A stretch of 29,419 nt of DNA from Clostridia bacterium. GTDB lineage: Bacteria > Bacillota > Clostridia > Christensenellales > Aristaeellaceae. The position numbers and the translations under genes are program-made. Below, in pieces: positions 9,211 to 17,962 of this stretch; the stretch's first letter is position 1, and each line of letters starts with the position of its first letter. The stretch spans positions 1-29,419 of the forward strand of contig JAUNDF010000021.1 in NCBI GenBank assembly GCA_030526225.1, read 5' to 3'. The notes beneath the pieces were generated by a model that saw only the letters and a list, made by a program, of their open reading frames with translations, was not told the origin of the DNA and did not search any database.

Positions 9211-10053
9211 GTGGATGCGGATGCCTTTGCCGGCAAGCGCATCCTGATGGCAGAGGACAACGAGCTGAATGCCGAAATCGCCACAGAGCTGCTGGAAGCC
9301 GTGGGCTTTGAGGTGACATGGGCGCAGGACGGTATCCTTTGTGTGGATGCACTGCGCAAGGCCCCCGCCGGGACCTTTGACCTGATTTTGATGGACATCC
9401 AGATGCCCAACCTCAACGGCTACGATGCCGCAAGGCGCATCCGTGCTCTGGAGGACAGGGAAAAGGCGGGCATCCCCATCATCGCCATGACGGCCAACGC
9501 CTTTGAGGAGGACAAGCGCAACGCCCTGCGGGCAGGCATGAATGCCCACATCCCCAAGCCCATCAAGGTGGACGAAATGCTGAAGACCCTTGGCCGGGTG
9601 CTGGCGCTGAGCAAAATCAACAGCGAGACCTTCCCGGCCTACAAGGCACAGCTGGGGGACTGCGCACCCTTCCGCGCCTTTGAACAGGAACACGCTGACT
9701 GCGGCTGGTTCATCTACGAAGCCTTCGGGGACGAGCGCATCCTCTGTGCGGATGGAGCCCTGTGCCGGATTTTCGGCTGCAGCAGCTTCCGGGAGTTCCA
9801 AAAGGCGGTCTCCTGTTCGTTCAAGACCATGGTGCATCCGGAGGATATCGACCGGGTGGAGGCCGAAATCCGGCGGCAGATTGATGACTCCGGCGACAAC
9901 ATCGACCGGGTCAGCTACCGCATCATCCGCGCGGACGGTCAGGTGCGCCGGGTGGATGACATCGGCCGCAAGGTGCTGCTGCAAGAGGGCATTCCAGTGT
10001 TCTATGTGGGCATTGCGGATGTCACGGGGGAGGAAGACCTCCAACAAGCCTGA
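9211..10053 (+). CDS. response-regulator receiver + PAS domain protein (possibly the frameshifted C-terminal part of the preceding kinase)
   Basis: Receiver motifs are ILMAEDNELNAEIATELLE, DLILMDIQMPNLNGYDAARRIR, PIIAMTANAFEED and GMNAHIPKP. A PAS-like region follows (FIYEAFGDERILCADGALCRIFG...VSYRIIRADGQVRRVDDIG). A GAGGAGGAGG run lies 6 nt upstream of the ATG, but the same frame is open back to 9154 (LFPHRLAQEIEQHEAEEEAV). Removing one base from the ttt/cccc run at 9157-9163 would fuse it to the kinase (..GTAFTIIIPHRLAQE..), like the fused paralogue at 1..803. Confidence 0.8.
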   Translation: MDADAFAGKRILMAEDNELNAEIATELLEAVGFEVTWAQDGILCVDALRKAPAGTFDLILMDIQMPNLNGYDAARRIRALEDREKAGIPIIAMTANAFEEDKRNALRAGMNAHIPKPIKVDEMLKTLGRVLALSKINSETFPAYKAQLGDCAPFRAFEQEHADCGWFIYEAFGDERILCADGALCRIFGCSSFREFQKAVSCSFKTMVHPEDIDRVEAEIRRQIDDSGDNIDRVSYRIIRADGQVRRVDDIGRKVLLQEGIPVFYVGIADVTGEEDLQQA

Positions 10054-10071
10054 AACGGGAGAATATGCTGA

Positions 10072-11676
10072 ATGAAAGAATTGATGTCCTTTTTCGCCGT
10101 CAGCCGGGATGATTACAGCGAAATCCGCCGGGAGGCATGGGAGGAGAGCTGGCTGAGCCTTCGCCTTGTCAGCGCCATTGCCGCCATTGCCTTCGGCATC
10201 ATGACCGGGCTGGGGCTGCTGATGACAAGCTACGGAAAGAACGTGACCATATATGCCGTGTATACGGTGCTGTCGGCGGTCTTCTGGGGTATTTCCTTCC
10301 TGAAGACGGACAGCCTGCCCCTGAAGGCATCGGCCTGCTACGGCTGCTATGCCATGCTGCTGAGCATGGGCATTGTCATGGGCACCCTGATTTCGCCGGA
10401 TATGCTGACCGTCAGCTTTATCGTGATGATGCTGGGCATTCCGCTGCTGTTCACCTTCCGCAGCTGGATTTGCAACGCGGTGATGGCTGTGTGCGTCATC
10501 ATCTACTGCGCGGCGGCCAAATACACGCAGCCGCCTGAAATCTTTTCCGTCAATATGCTCAATGTCATCCCCTACAGCATCATCAGCATGTTTGTTACCT
10601 CCGCCACCATGCGCAGCAAAATGCAGCGCGTGCTGATGCGTACCCGGCTGCAGGCGGAAGAGGAGGCCCGCAGAGCCACAGAGGACAGGATGAACCGCTT
10701 TGACGCGTTTATCACCGACATGGTGCGCTATGCCACCAGCGAGGAGGAGCTGGAGAAGATTGTGGAGCAGCTGGTGGAATACATCGGCGAAAAGCTCCAT
10801 TCCGACCGGGCGTACATCTTTGAGAAAAACGAAAAGGGCGGCTTTGACAACACCTACGAGTGGTGCCGCGAGGGCGTTTCTGCCGAGAAGGACAACCTGC
10901 AAAACGTTCCCTTTGAGGGCGTGATTGAGCCCTGGTACACCCAGTACAAAAAAACGGGCAGCGTGATTATCGAGGACATTGAGGAGTACAAAAAGGTCAG
11001 CCTGCCCATCTACAATCTGTTAAAGCCCCAGGGCGTGGAAACGCTGGTCACCGGCCCCATCATCATCGAGGGCAAAATGGTGGGCTTCTACGGCGTGGAC
11101 AATCCCCCCAGGGACATGATTCACGACATTTCCGACCTCATCTGCGTGATGGAATTCGTGGTGTCCTTCATCATGCGCATCCGCGACAACGCCTCCGAGC
11201 TGGCGTATTCCGCCGTGCATGACCAGCTGACCGGCTGCAAAAACAGAAAGGCGCTGGAATGGCTGTACCGCAAGCAGTATGACGAAAACGGCTCGCTGGC
11301 GGTGCTGATGTGTGACCTGAACAGCCTGAAGGAAATCAACGACCGTCAGGGTCACGATGCCGGTGACAAGTTCATCCGGCGCACGGCAGAGGTGCTGCAG
11401 TCCGTATTCGGCACGGAGCATGTGTACCGCATGGGCGGCGACGAGTTTGCGGCCATCATTGCGGGCATCAGCCAAAAAGAATTCAGCGAAAAGATTGAGC
11501 TCAGCCGCATCCTGCTGGGCAACACCGCCTCCCTTGGCGTTGCCTACCGGGAAACCATGTGCGATGTGGGGTTTGATGCGGTGCTGAAGGACGCGGATGT
11601 GGCCATGTACCACCAAAAGGGCAGCTACTACGCCAATGCCACCGTGGACCGCCGCAGAAGAAGAACAGACGATTAA
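10072..11676 (+). CDS. membrane-anchored GAF-GGDEF diguanylate cyclase
   Basis: 534-aa ORF. About 5-6 N-terminal hydrophobic helices are followed by a GAF-like region (RAYIFEKNEKGGFDNTYEWC...GFYGVDNP). The GGDEF domain has HDQLTGCKNRKAL, LAVLMCDLNSLKEINDRQGHDAGDKFI and YRMGGDEFAAI. Stop is TAA. Confidence 0.9.
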   Translation: MKELMSFFAVSRDDYSEIRREAWEESWLSLRLVSAIAAIAFGIMTGLGLLMTSYGKNVTIYAVYTVLSAVFWGISFLKTDSLPLKASACYGCYAMLLSMGIVMGTLISPDMLTVSFIVMMLGIPLLFTFRSWICNAVMAVCVIIYCAAAKYTQPPEIFSVNMLNVIPYSIISMFVTSATMRSKMQRVLMRTRLQAEEEARRATEDRMNRFDAFITDMVRYATSEEELEKIVEQLVEYIGEKLHSDRAYIFEKNEKGGFDNTYEWCREGVSAEKDNLQNVPFEGVIEPWYTQYKKTGSVIIEDIEEYKKVSLPIYNLLKPQGVETLVTGPIIIEGKMVGFYGVDNPPRDMIHDISDLICVMEFVVSFIMRIRDNASELAYSAVHDQLTGCKNRKALEWLYRKQYDENGSLAVLMCDLNSLKEINDRQGHDAGDKFIRRTAEVLQSVFGTEHVYRMGGDEFAAIIAGISQKEFSEKIELSRILLGNTASLGVAYRETMCDVGFDAVLKDADVAMYHQKGSYYANATVDRRRRRTDD

Positions 11677-11684
11677 CAGGTTGG

Positions 11685-11720
11685 CCCCTTCCGGGTAAAT
11701 TCGGAAGGGGCTGATTTTTT
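11685..11720 (+). terminator. rho-independent terminator after the GGDEF gene
   Basis: A perfect 9-bp stem, ccccttccg (11685-11693) with cggaagggg (11702-11710), has an 8-nt loop and is followed by ctgatttttt. Confidence 0.75.
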
Positions 11721-11743
11721 GTTCATATTCAGTTGACAAACGG

Positions 11744-11752
11744 TGTTATAAT
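11744..11752 (+). promoter_or_regulatory. extended -10 promoter element (TGtTATAAT) upstream of the activase-like gene
   Basis: tgttataat is at 11744-11752, about 95 nt upstream of ATG 11846. The nearby TTGACA at 11733 is only 8 nt from the -10, so it is not a usable -35. Confidence 0.4.
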
Positions 11753-11845
11753 GTACGATGGGCCAATTTTCATTATGAATCCATCAGGGTATCAGGTGAA
11801 AATGCCCGGCTGAAATATAGACAACCAGAAAAGAGAGCATGACTG

Positions 11846-14800
11846 ATGAAAATCTATCACGCAGGAATTGATATCGGTTCCACCACGGTGAAGCTGGTGG
11901 TTGTGGATGATAACGGCCAAATTCTCTTTGGCGATTACAGGCGGCACCATGCCCATACCCGGGAGACGGTTTATGATTTGCTCACCGATGCCCGGGCGCT
12001 GCTGGGCGAGTGCAGCCTGAAGGTAAAAATCACCGGCTCCGGTGCCATCAACCTCGGCAAAGCGCTGGGCATCGGGTTTATTCAGGAGGTGGTGGCGGTT
12101 GCCGCTGCCCTGAACCATGCTGCCCCCCAAACGGATGTGGCCATCGAGCTGGGCGGCGAGGATGCGAAGATTATCTACTTCGCCGGCGGTCTTGAGGAGC
12201 GGATGAACGGCGTTTGCGCCGGCGGCACGGGCTCCTTTATCGACCAGATGGCATCCCTCCTGCAGACGGATGCCGAGGGGCTGAACGAGGCTGCCAAGGA
12301 GTACAGGCAGATTTACCCCATCGCGGCCCGGTGCGGCGTGTTTGCCAAGTCGGATATTCAGCCGCTGATTAACGAGGGCGCCACCAAGGCAGACCTTGCC
12401 GCCTCCATCTTTCAGGCGGTGGTTAACCAGACCATTTCCGGTCTGGCCTGCGGCAAGCCCATCCGCGGCACGGTGGCCTTTCTGGGCGGTCCGCTGCATT
12501 TTCTCACATAGCTTCGGGCGGCCTTTGTCCGCACATTAAAGCTGACGGAAGAGACCGCGGTGATGCCGGAAAACTCCCACCTGTTTGCGGCCATGGGCGC
12601 GGCACTGGAGGCACAGGATGCCGATGCGGTGCCCCTTTCCAACCTGATTGAAAAGCTGCAGTCCGGGGTGAAGGTCAATTTTGAAATGCCCCGTCTGGCT
12701 CCCCTGTTCGGCAATCAGGAGGAGTATGACGAGTTCTGCCGCCGCCACCAAAAGGCAACAGTGAAGCGGGCGGAGCTTGCGGCCTACCGCGGGAACTGCT
12801 ATCTGGGCATTGATGCCGGCTCCACCACCACCAAGCTGGCGCTGATTGGCCAACAGGGTGAGCTGCTGTGGGATTACTACGCCAACAATCAGGGCAACCC
12901 CATCCTGACGGCGCAAAACGCCATCCGTCAGCTGCAGCAGCTTATGCCCAGGGGCGCGGAAATTGCCCGGGCCTGCTCCACCGGCTATGGTGAAGCACTG
13001 CTGAAGGCCGCCTTCTCCCTGGACGAAGGCGTGGTGGAGACCATCGCCCACTGCACCGCCGCCACCTTCTTTGACCCGGCGGTGGACTGTGTGCTGGATA
13101 TCGGCGGTCAGGATATGAAGTGCATCCGGCTGAAGAACGGCACGGTGGACAGCATCATGCTCAACGAGGCCTGCTCCTCCGGCTGCGGCTCCTTTATCGA
13201 GAACTTCGCCACTTCCCTCGGCTATACCGCAGAGGGCTTTGCCAAGGAGGCGCTGTTTGCCGAATCTCCTGTGGACCTTGGCACCCGCTGCACCGTGTTT
13301 ATGAATTCCAACGTCAAGCAGGCCCAGAAGGAGGGCGCATCTGTTGCGGATATCTCCTCGGGTCTGGCATACTCGGTCATCAAAAACGCGCTGTACAAGG
13401 TCATCAAGCTGACATCCCCCGAGGAGCTGGGTCGGCACATTGTGGTGCAGGGCGGCACCTTCCACAATCAGGCGGTGCTTCGTGCCTTTGAGAAAATCGC
13501 CGGTGTGGATGCCACCTGTCCCGATATTTCCGGCCTGATGGGTGCCTTCGGTGCGGCGCTGGTGGCAAAGAACCACCATGCGGAAAAGAGCAGCATGCTC
13601 TCCTTTGATGAAATCCTGAACCTGTCCTATACCGCATCCTCCGTGCGCTGCGGCGGCTGCTCCAACCGCTGCATGCTCACTGTCAACCAGTTCCCCGGCG
13701 GCAGAAAGCACATCAGCGGCAACCGCTGTGAAAAGGGTGCCGGCAATACGGACAAGCAGGCACAGGCACCCAACATGGTGGCCTATAAGCGTCAGCGGCT
13801 GTTTGACTATCAGCCCCTTGCGGAGGATGCTGCCCAAAGAGGCACCATCGGCCTGCCGCGGGTGCTGAGCATGTACGAGAACTATCCCTTCTGGGCCACA
13901 TTCTTCGGCAGCCTTGGCTTCCGGGTGGTGCTGTCCCCCTGGTCATCAAGAAAAATCTACGAGCGGGGCATGGAGTCCATCCCCTCCGAATCGGAGTGCT
14001 ATCCGGCCAAGCTGTCCCACGGCCATGTGCAGTGGCTGATTGATCAGGGCATTACCACCATCTTCCACCCCTGCATCTTCTATGAGCATCAGGAGGCGAA
14101 GAACGCTCAAAACCACTACAACTGCCCCATTGTGGTTTCCTATGCGGAGAACCTGAAGAACAACATGGAAACCATCAGCAGCGGGGAAGTGCGCTACATT
14201 CGCCCCTTTATCGCCTTTACGGATGAAAAAACCGCCGCCGACCGGCTGGTGAAAACGGCGGAAAAGGAATGGGGCATCCCGGCAGGGGAGGTGCGCCGTG
14301 CGGTGCATCTGGCATGGGCCGAGCAGCAAAAGGCCAAGGCAGATATCCGCGCCGAGGGTCAAAAGCGCCTTGCGGAAATGGAAGCCGCCGGCGGCCGCGG
14401 CATTGTTTTGGCCGGGCGACCCTATCACATCGACCCTGAAATCAACCACGGCATTCCGGAGCTGATTGCCTCCTACGGCCTGACCGTGCTGACCGAGGAC
14501 AGCCTGCCCCTGAATGTGGCCCCGGAAAGCACCATCCGCGTGGTGGACCAGTGGGTGTACCATTCCCGCCTGTACAACGCGGTTGAATTTGTGGCCCGCC
14601 GCAACGATCTGGAGCTGATTCAGCTCAACTCCTTCGGCTGCGGTCTGGATGCCGTGACCACCGATCAGGTGAGCGAGATTCTGGAAAAGCACAACAAGCT
14701 GTACACGGCGCTGAAGATTGATGAGGTGAACAACCTTGGCGCGGTGCGCATCCGCATCCGGTCTCTGCTGGCGGCCATGGAAATCCGGCAGGAGAAGGGC

Positions 14801-16072
14801 ATTTGCGCCTGTGAAGGTGATGACAGCTACAAGCGTGTCGCCTTCACCAAAGAGATGTTCCGGGAGGGATATACCATTCTGGCACCTCAGATGAGCCCCA
14901 TCCATTTTGATTTGCTGGAGCCTGTGTTCCGCAAGCGCGGCTATCAGCTGGTGATGCTGGATAACGACAACCGGCAGGCCATCGACACCGGCTTGAAATT
15001 CGTCAACAACGATGCCTGCTTCCCCTCCATTACCGTGGTGGGGCAGATTATGCAGGCGGTGCTGTCCGGCAAGTATGATACCAACCGGCTGGCGGTGATT
15101 ATGAGCCAGACCGGCGGCTGCTGCCGGGCCAGCAACTATGTGGCCTTCATCCGCCGTGCGCTGGAAAAGGCAGGGCTGAGCCACATCCCCGTCATCTCCC
15201 TCAACGCCAACGGCATGGAGAAGAACGATGGCTTCCGCCTGTCCCCGGGGCTGATTGTGGATCTGGTGAAGGCGGTGGTATACGGCGATTTGCTGATGCG
15301 CTGCCTGTACCGGGTGCGCCCCTATGAGCTGGAGCCCGGCTCTGCCAACGCACTGCACCGCAAGTGGCGGGACATCTGCATTGAGGAGCTGACTTGCGAG
15401 CACGGCAAGCGCGGCTACCGGACGCTGTGCCGGCAGATTGTGGAGGCCTTTGACGCGTTCCCCATTGATGAAACTGTCAGGAAGCCCAAGGTGGGCATTG
15501 TGGGCGAAATTCTGGTGAAGTACATGCCCCTTGCCAACAACCATCTGGTGGAGCTGCTGGAGCAGGAGGGTGCCGAAGCCGTGGTGCCCGATCTGGTGGA
15601 CTTCTTCAACTACTGCGTGTATGGCGGCAAGTATCGCTTTGCCTTCCTCGGCGCGCAGAAGAGCAGCGACATCATCGCCAACATCGGTGTCAAGCTGATT
15701 CGCCGCATCCGCAAGCCTGCCCTTGATGCGCTGAAAAACAGCAAGCGCTTTGAGGTCCCCATGCCCATTGAGGACATTGCCCGGCAGACAAAGCCCTTCC
15801 TGTCCCTTGGCAATCAGTACGGCGAGGGCTGGTTCCTCACCGGCGAAATGATTGAGCTGGTCAAGACCGGCGTGCCCAACATTGTGTGCATTCAGCCCTT
15901 TGCCTGCCTGCCCAATCATGTGGTGGGCAAGGGTGTCATCAAGAAGCTAAAGGAAGCCTACCCGCAGGCCAATATTGCCGCCATTGACTACGATCCCGGC
16001 GCCAGCGAGGTCAATCAGCTCAACCGCCTGAAGCTGATGCTGACCACTGCCAAAAACCGCATGCAGGAATAA
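11846..16072 (+). CDS. acyl-CoA dehydratase activase-related protein (two BcrAD/BadFG-type ATPase modules + HgdB/DUF2229-like C-terminal region), full length only if TAG 12509-12511 is decoded
   Basis: The standard-code pieces 11846..12511 and 12560..16072 share a frame. Translation across the TAG gives ..VAFLGGPLHFLT*LRAAFVRTLKLTEETAVMPENSHLFAAMGAAL.., which continues a single ATPase module. There are two ASKHA phosphate-1 motifs (GIDIGSTTVKLVV and GIDAGSTTTKLAL) and a Cys cluster CGGCSNRC. The joined length of 1408 aa matches what I remember for this fused family (about 1400 aa). Stop is TAA. Confidence 0.85.
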
Positions 16073-16103
16073 GCATTCCTGCCTTCCCTATGGAACACAA
16101 AAA

Positions 16104-16160
16104 CGCTCCGGTGAATATCTGCGGCTTCATGCAGAATCATTCATCGGAGCGCTTATTTTA
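16104..16160. terminator. candidate terminator hairpin between convergent genes
   Basis: cgctccg (16104-16110) pairs with cggagcg (16145-16151). An inner ctgc/gcag stem sits in the loop, and cttatttta follows. Confidence 0.4.
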
Positions 16161-16223
16161 TGGAAGAAGCATTTGACCGTCATCGGCTTGCCTTGGCCTG
16201 ATTGGCAAATGCTGGTAAATGTG

Positions 16224-17273
16224 TTATGATGATGCCAGCTCCTGCATCAGCTCATGCACGGAGACGATGCGGTCAATCCGTCCGGCGTTGGCGCCGCAGA
16301 AGAGCAGACCGTTGTCCACATCCCCCTGTACGGCCATGATCAGCCGCTCGGTGATGCAGTAGGGGATTTCATTGGGCTTGCAGCCGGCCAGACAGCCAAG
16401 GCATTTTTTCGGGCGGAAGGTCTCCGTCTCCAGCTGCTGCAGAAAGCGGTTGCTGATGGCTCTGCCCGGCATGCCCACCGGAGACTTGATGATACGCAAA
16501 TCCCCATCGGCGGCGCTGATGTATGCCTGCTTGTAGGCATCGGCGGCGTCGCATTCGTGGGTGCACACAAAGCGGCTGGCCATCTGTACGCCGCTTGCCC
16601 CCAGAGAAAAGGCATGCTCGATGTCCTGCCTGTCCCAGATGCCGCCGGCCACAATCACAGGGATGGCGGTGCCGTTTTCTTCAGCCGTTTCGTTAACGAA
16701 ATCAATGATGCGGCGGATTTCCTCGTCATAGTCCGGGATATCCGGCAGCTGTTCCGGCTTAAAGCCCAGATGGCCGCCTGCCTTGGGGCCCTCGATGACC
16801 ACAAAGTCCGGGAGACGATGATCACTCCGCAGCCATTTTTTGATGATGACCTGTGCCGCCCGCAGGGATGACACAATGGGCGCAATCTTCACATCCGAGC
16901 CTGCGGTCAGTGCGGGCAAATCAAGGGGCAGACCGGCACCGGAAATGATGACATCCGCGCCGCAGGCCACCGCCTGACGGACATGGGCGTGGTAATCAGC
17001 CAGCGCCACCATGATGTTGGCACCCACAAGGCCATTGCCGCCCGAAAGCTGACGGGCCAACAGGAGCTGCTCCTCAATGGCCTTCAGATTGCATTCCTTG
17101 GGATTGTGCGGAAAATCCGCCATATAAAAACCAATCTGCGCCGTGGAGATGATGCCGATGCCGCCTTCTTTGGCCACGGCACCCGACAGCTTGCCCATGC
17201 TGACACCCACACCCATGCCGCCCTGAATAATCGGGATGGCGGCTGTTTTATTGCCAATCACCAATGGATTCAT
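16224..17273 (-). CDS. nitronate monooxygenase / NPD-family FMN oxidoreductase (FabK-like fold)
   Basis: MNPLVIGNKTAAIPIIQGGMGVGVSMGKLSGAVAKEGGIGIIS, GADVIISGAGLP, VIEGPKAGGHLGF and IPVIVAGGIWD are typical of the 2-nitropropane dioxygenase/FabK family. I set the start at ATG 17273 (GGAG lies 9 nt upstream). The ORF-track start at 17351 adds 26 unsupported residues. Stop is TAA. Confidence 0.85.
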   Translation of the reverse strand: MNPLVIGNKTAAIPIIQGGMGVGVSMGKLSGAVAKEGGIGIISTAQIGFYMADFPHNPKECNLKAIEEQLLLARQLSGGNGLVGANIMVALADYHAHVRQAVACGADVIISGAGLPLDLPALTAGSDVKIAPIVSSLRAAQVIIKKWLRSDHRLPDFVVIEGPKAGGHLGFKPEQLPDIPDYDEEIRRIIDFVNETAEENGTAIPVIVAGGIWDRQDIEHAFSLGASGVQMASRFVCTHECDAADAYKQAYISAADGDLRIIKSPVGMPGRAISNRFLQQLETETFRPKKCLGCLAGCKPNEIPYCITERLIMAVQGDVDNGLLFCGANAGRIDRIVSVHELMQELASS

Positions 17274-17340
17274 TTCAATACACTCCGTTCGTTTTGTCTT
17301 AACCAGTATAAACGCCCGCGGCCATCCGTTCAATTTACAG

Positions 17341-17362
17341 AAATGTGGCAATTGTCACATTT
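17341..17362. promoter_or_regulatory. 22-bp near-perfect palindrome, candidate TetR operator in the divergent intergenic region
   Basis: AAATGTGgCAATTGtCACATTT has perfect 7-bp arms, a palindromic CAATTG core and one mismatched pair. It sits about 20 nt upstream of the TetR RBS (AAGGAG, 17383-17388) and between the divergent starts at 17273 and 17396. Confidence 0.45.
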
Positions 17363-17395
17363 GGCGGCGGGGCGATGAAGCCAAGGAGCATGACC

Positions 17396-17899
17396 ATGGA
17401 AAAGAACGCGAAGCATTATCTGGCCGAAGCGCTGATTCTGCTGATGAAGGACTCGCCCCTGTAGGAGATTTCCGTCAGCCAGATTGTCCGGCGCGCCGGT
17501 GTATCCCGCATGACCTATTACCGCTATTTCTCCGACAAGGAGGAGCTGCTGCAGTTCTACATGAATTACCTTTTCTCCCTGTTTATGGAGCAGGAGGCGG
17601 TTTCGCATGCGCCCTTCGGCAGCAGGGAGCATGTGCGGGATACCCTGCTGTTTTTTCGGGATTACGGGGACTTTGCCCGGTGCATTTATCGCTCCGGCAA
17701 TGACGGCATCATGCTGCGGATGGTCAACCGCTACATGGCCATGCAGCCCGGCTTTGAAACGGCCAGCGCGGCCAGACGGTACGCCTTTTACTACTACGCC
17801 GGTGCCATCTACAACTGCTATATCGAATGGGCGCTGGAGGATTTTGCAACGCCGGTGGAGGAACTGACCGGCATCATCTGCGCCTTCCCGCGGCCATAA
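17396..17899 (+). CDS. TetR/AcrR-family transcriptional regulator, full length only if TAG 17462-17464 is decoded
   Basis: AAGGAG lies 7 nt upstream of ATG 17396. Translation gives MEKNAKHYLAEALILLMKDSPL*EISVSQIVRRAGVSRMTYYRYFSDKEELL. This is a canonical TetR N-terminal HTH with the TAG just before helix 2. The standard-code ORF (17510..17899) would start inside the HTH at the M of SRMTYY and has no RBS. Stop is TAA. Confidence 0.8.
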
Positions 17900-17902
17900 G
17901 AA

Positions 17903-17948
17903 AAACGCTCCCGGCACCTCAGCCATTGCTGAAGGGTCGGGAGCGTTT
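17903..17948. terminator. hairpin between the convergent TetR and CotH genes
   Basis: aaacgctcccg (17903-17913) pairs with cgggagcgttt (17938-17948). The loop contains a smaller cctcagc/gctgaagg stem. Confidence 0.55.
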
Positions 17949-17962
17949 GCGTGTCTTGGTTG

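Noticed and set aside
11733-11738. TTGACA as the -35 box of the activase promoter
   Set aside because: It lies only 8 nt upstream of the TATAAT box, and about 17 nt is required. The TG-extended -10 is the supportable element.
7095-15919. Several long minus-strand ORFs (7095..8042, 8127..9416, 9154..10902, 11020..11739, 11792..12499, 12536..13837, 13946..15919)
   Set aside because: All of them lie antisense to plus-strand genes that have strong domain signatures (kinase, REC-PAS, GGDEF, activase). Their translations are G/A/H/L/V-rich with no motifs, so they are GC-rich shadow ORFs.
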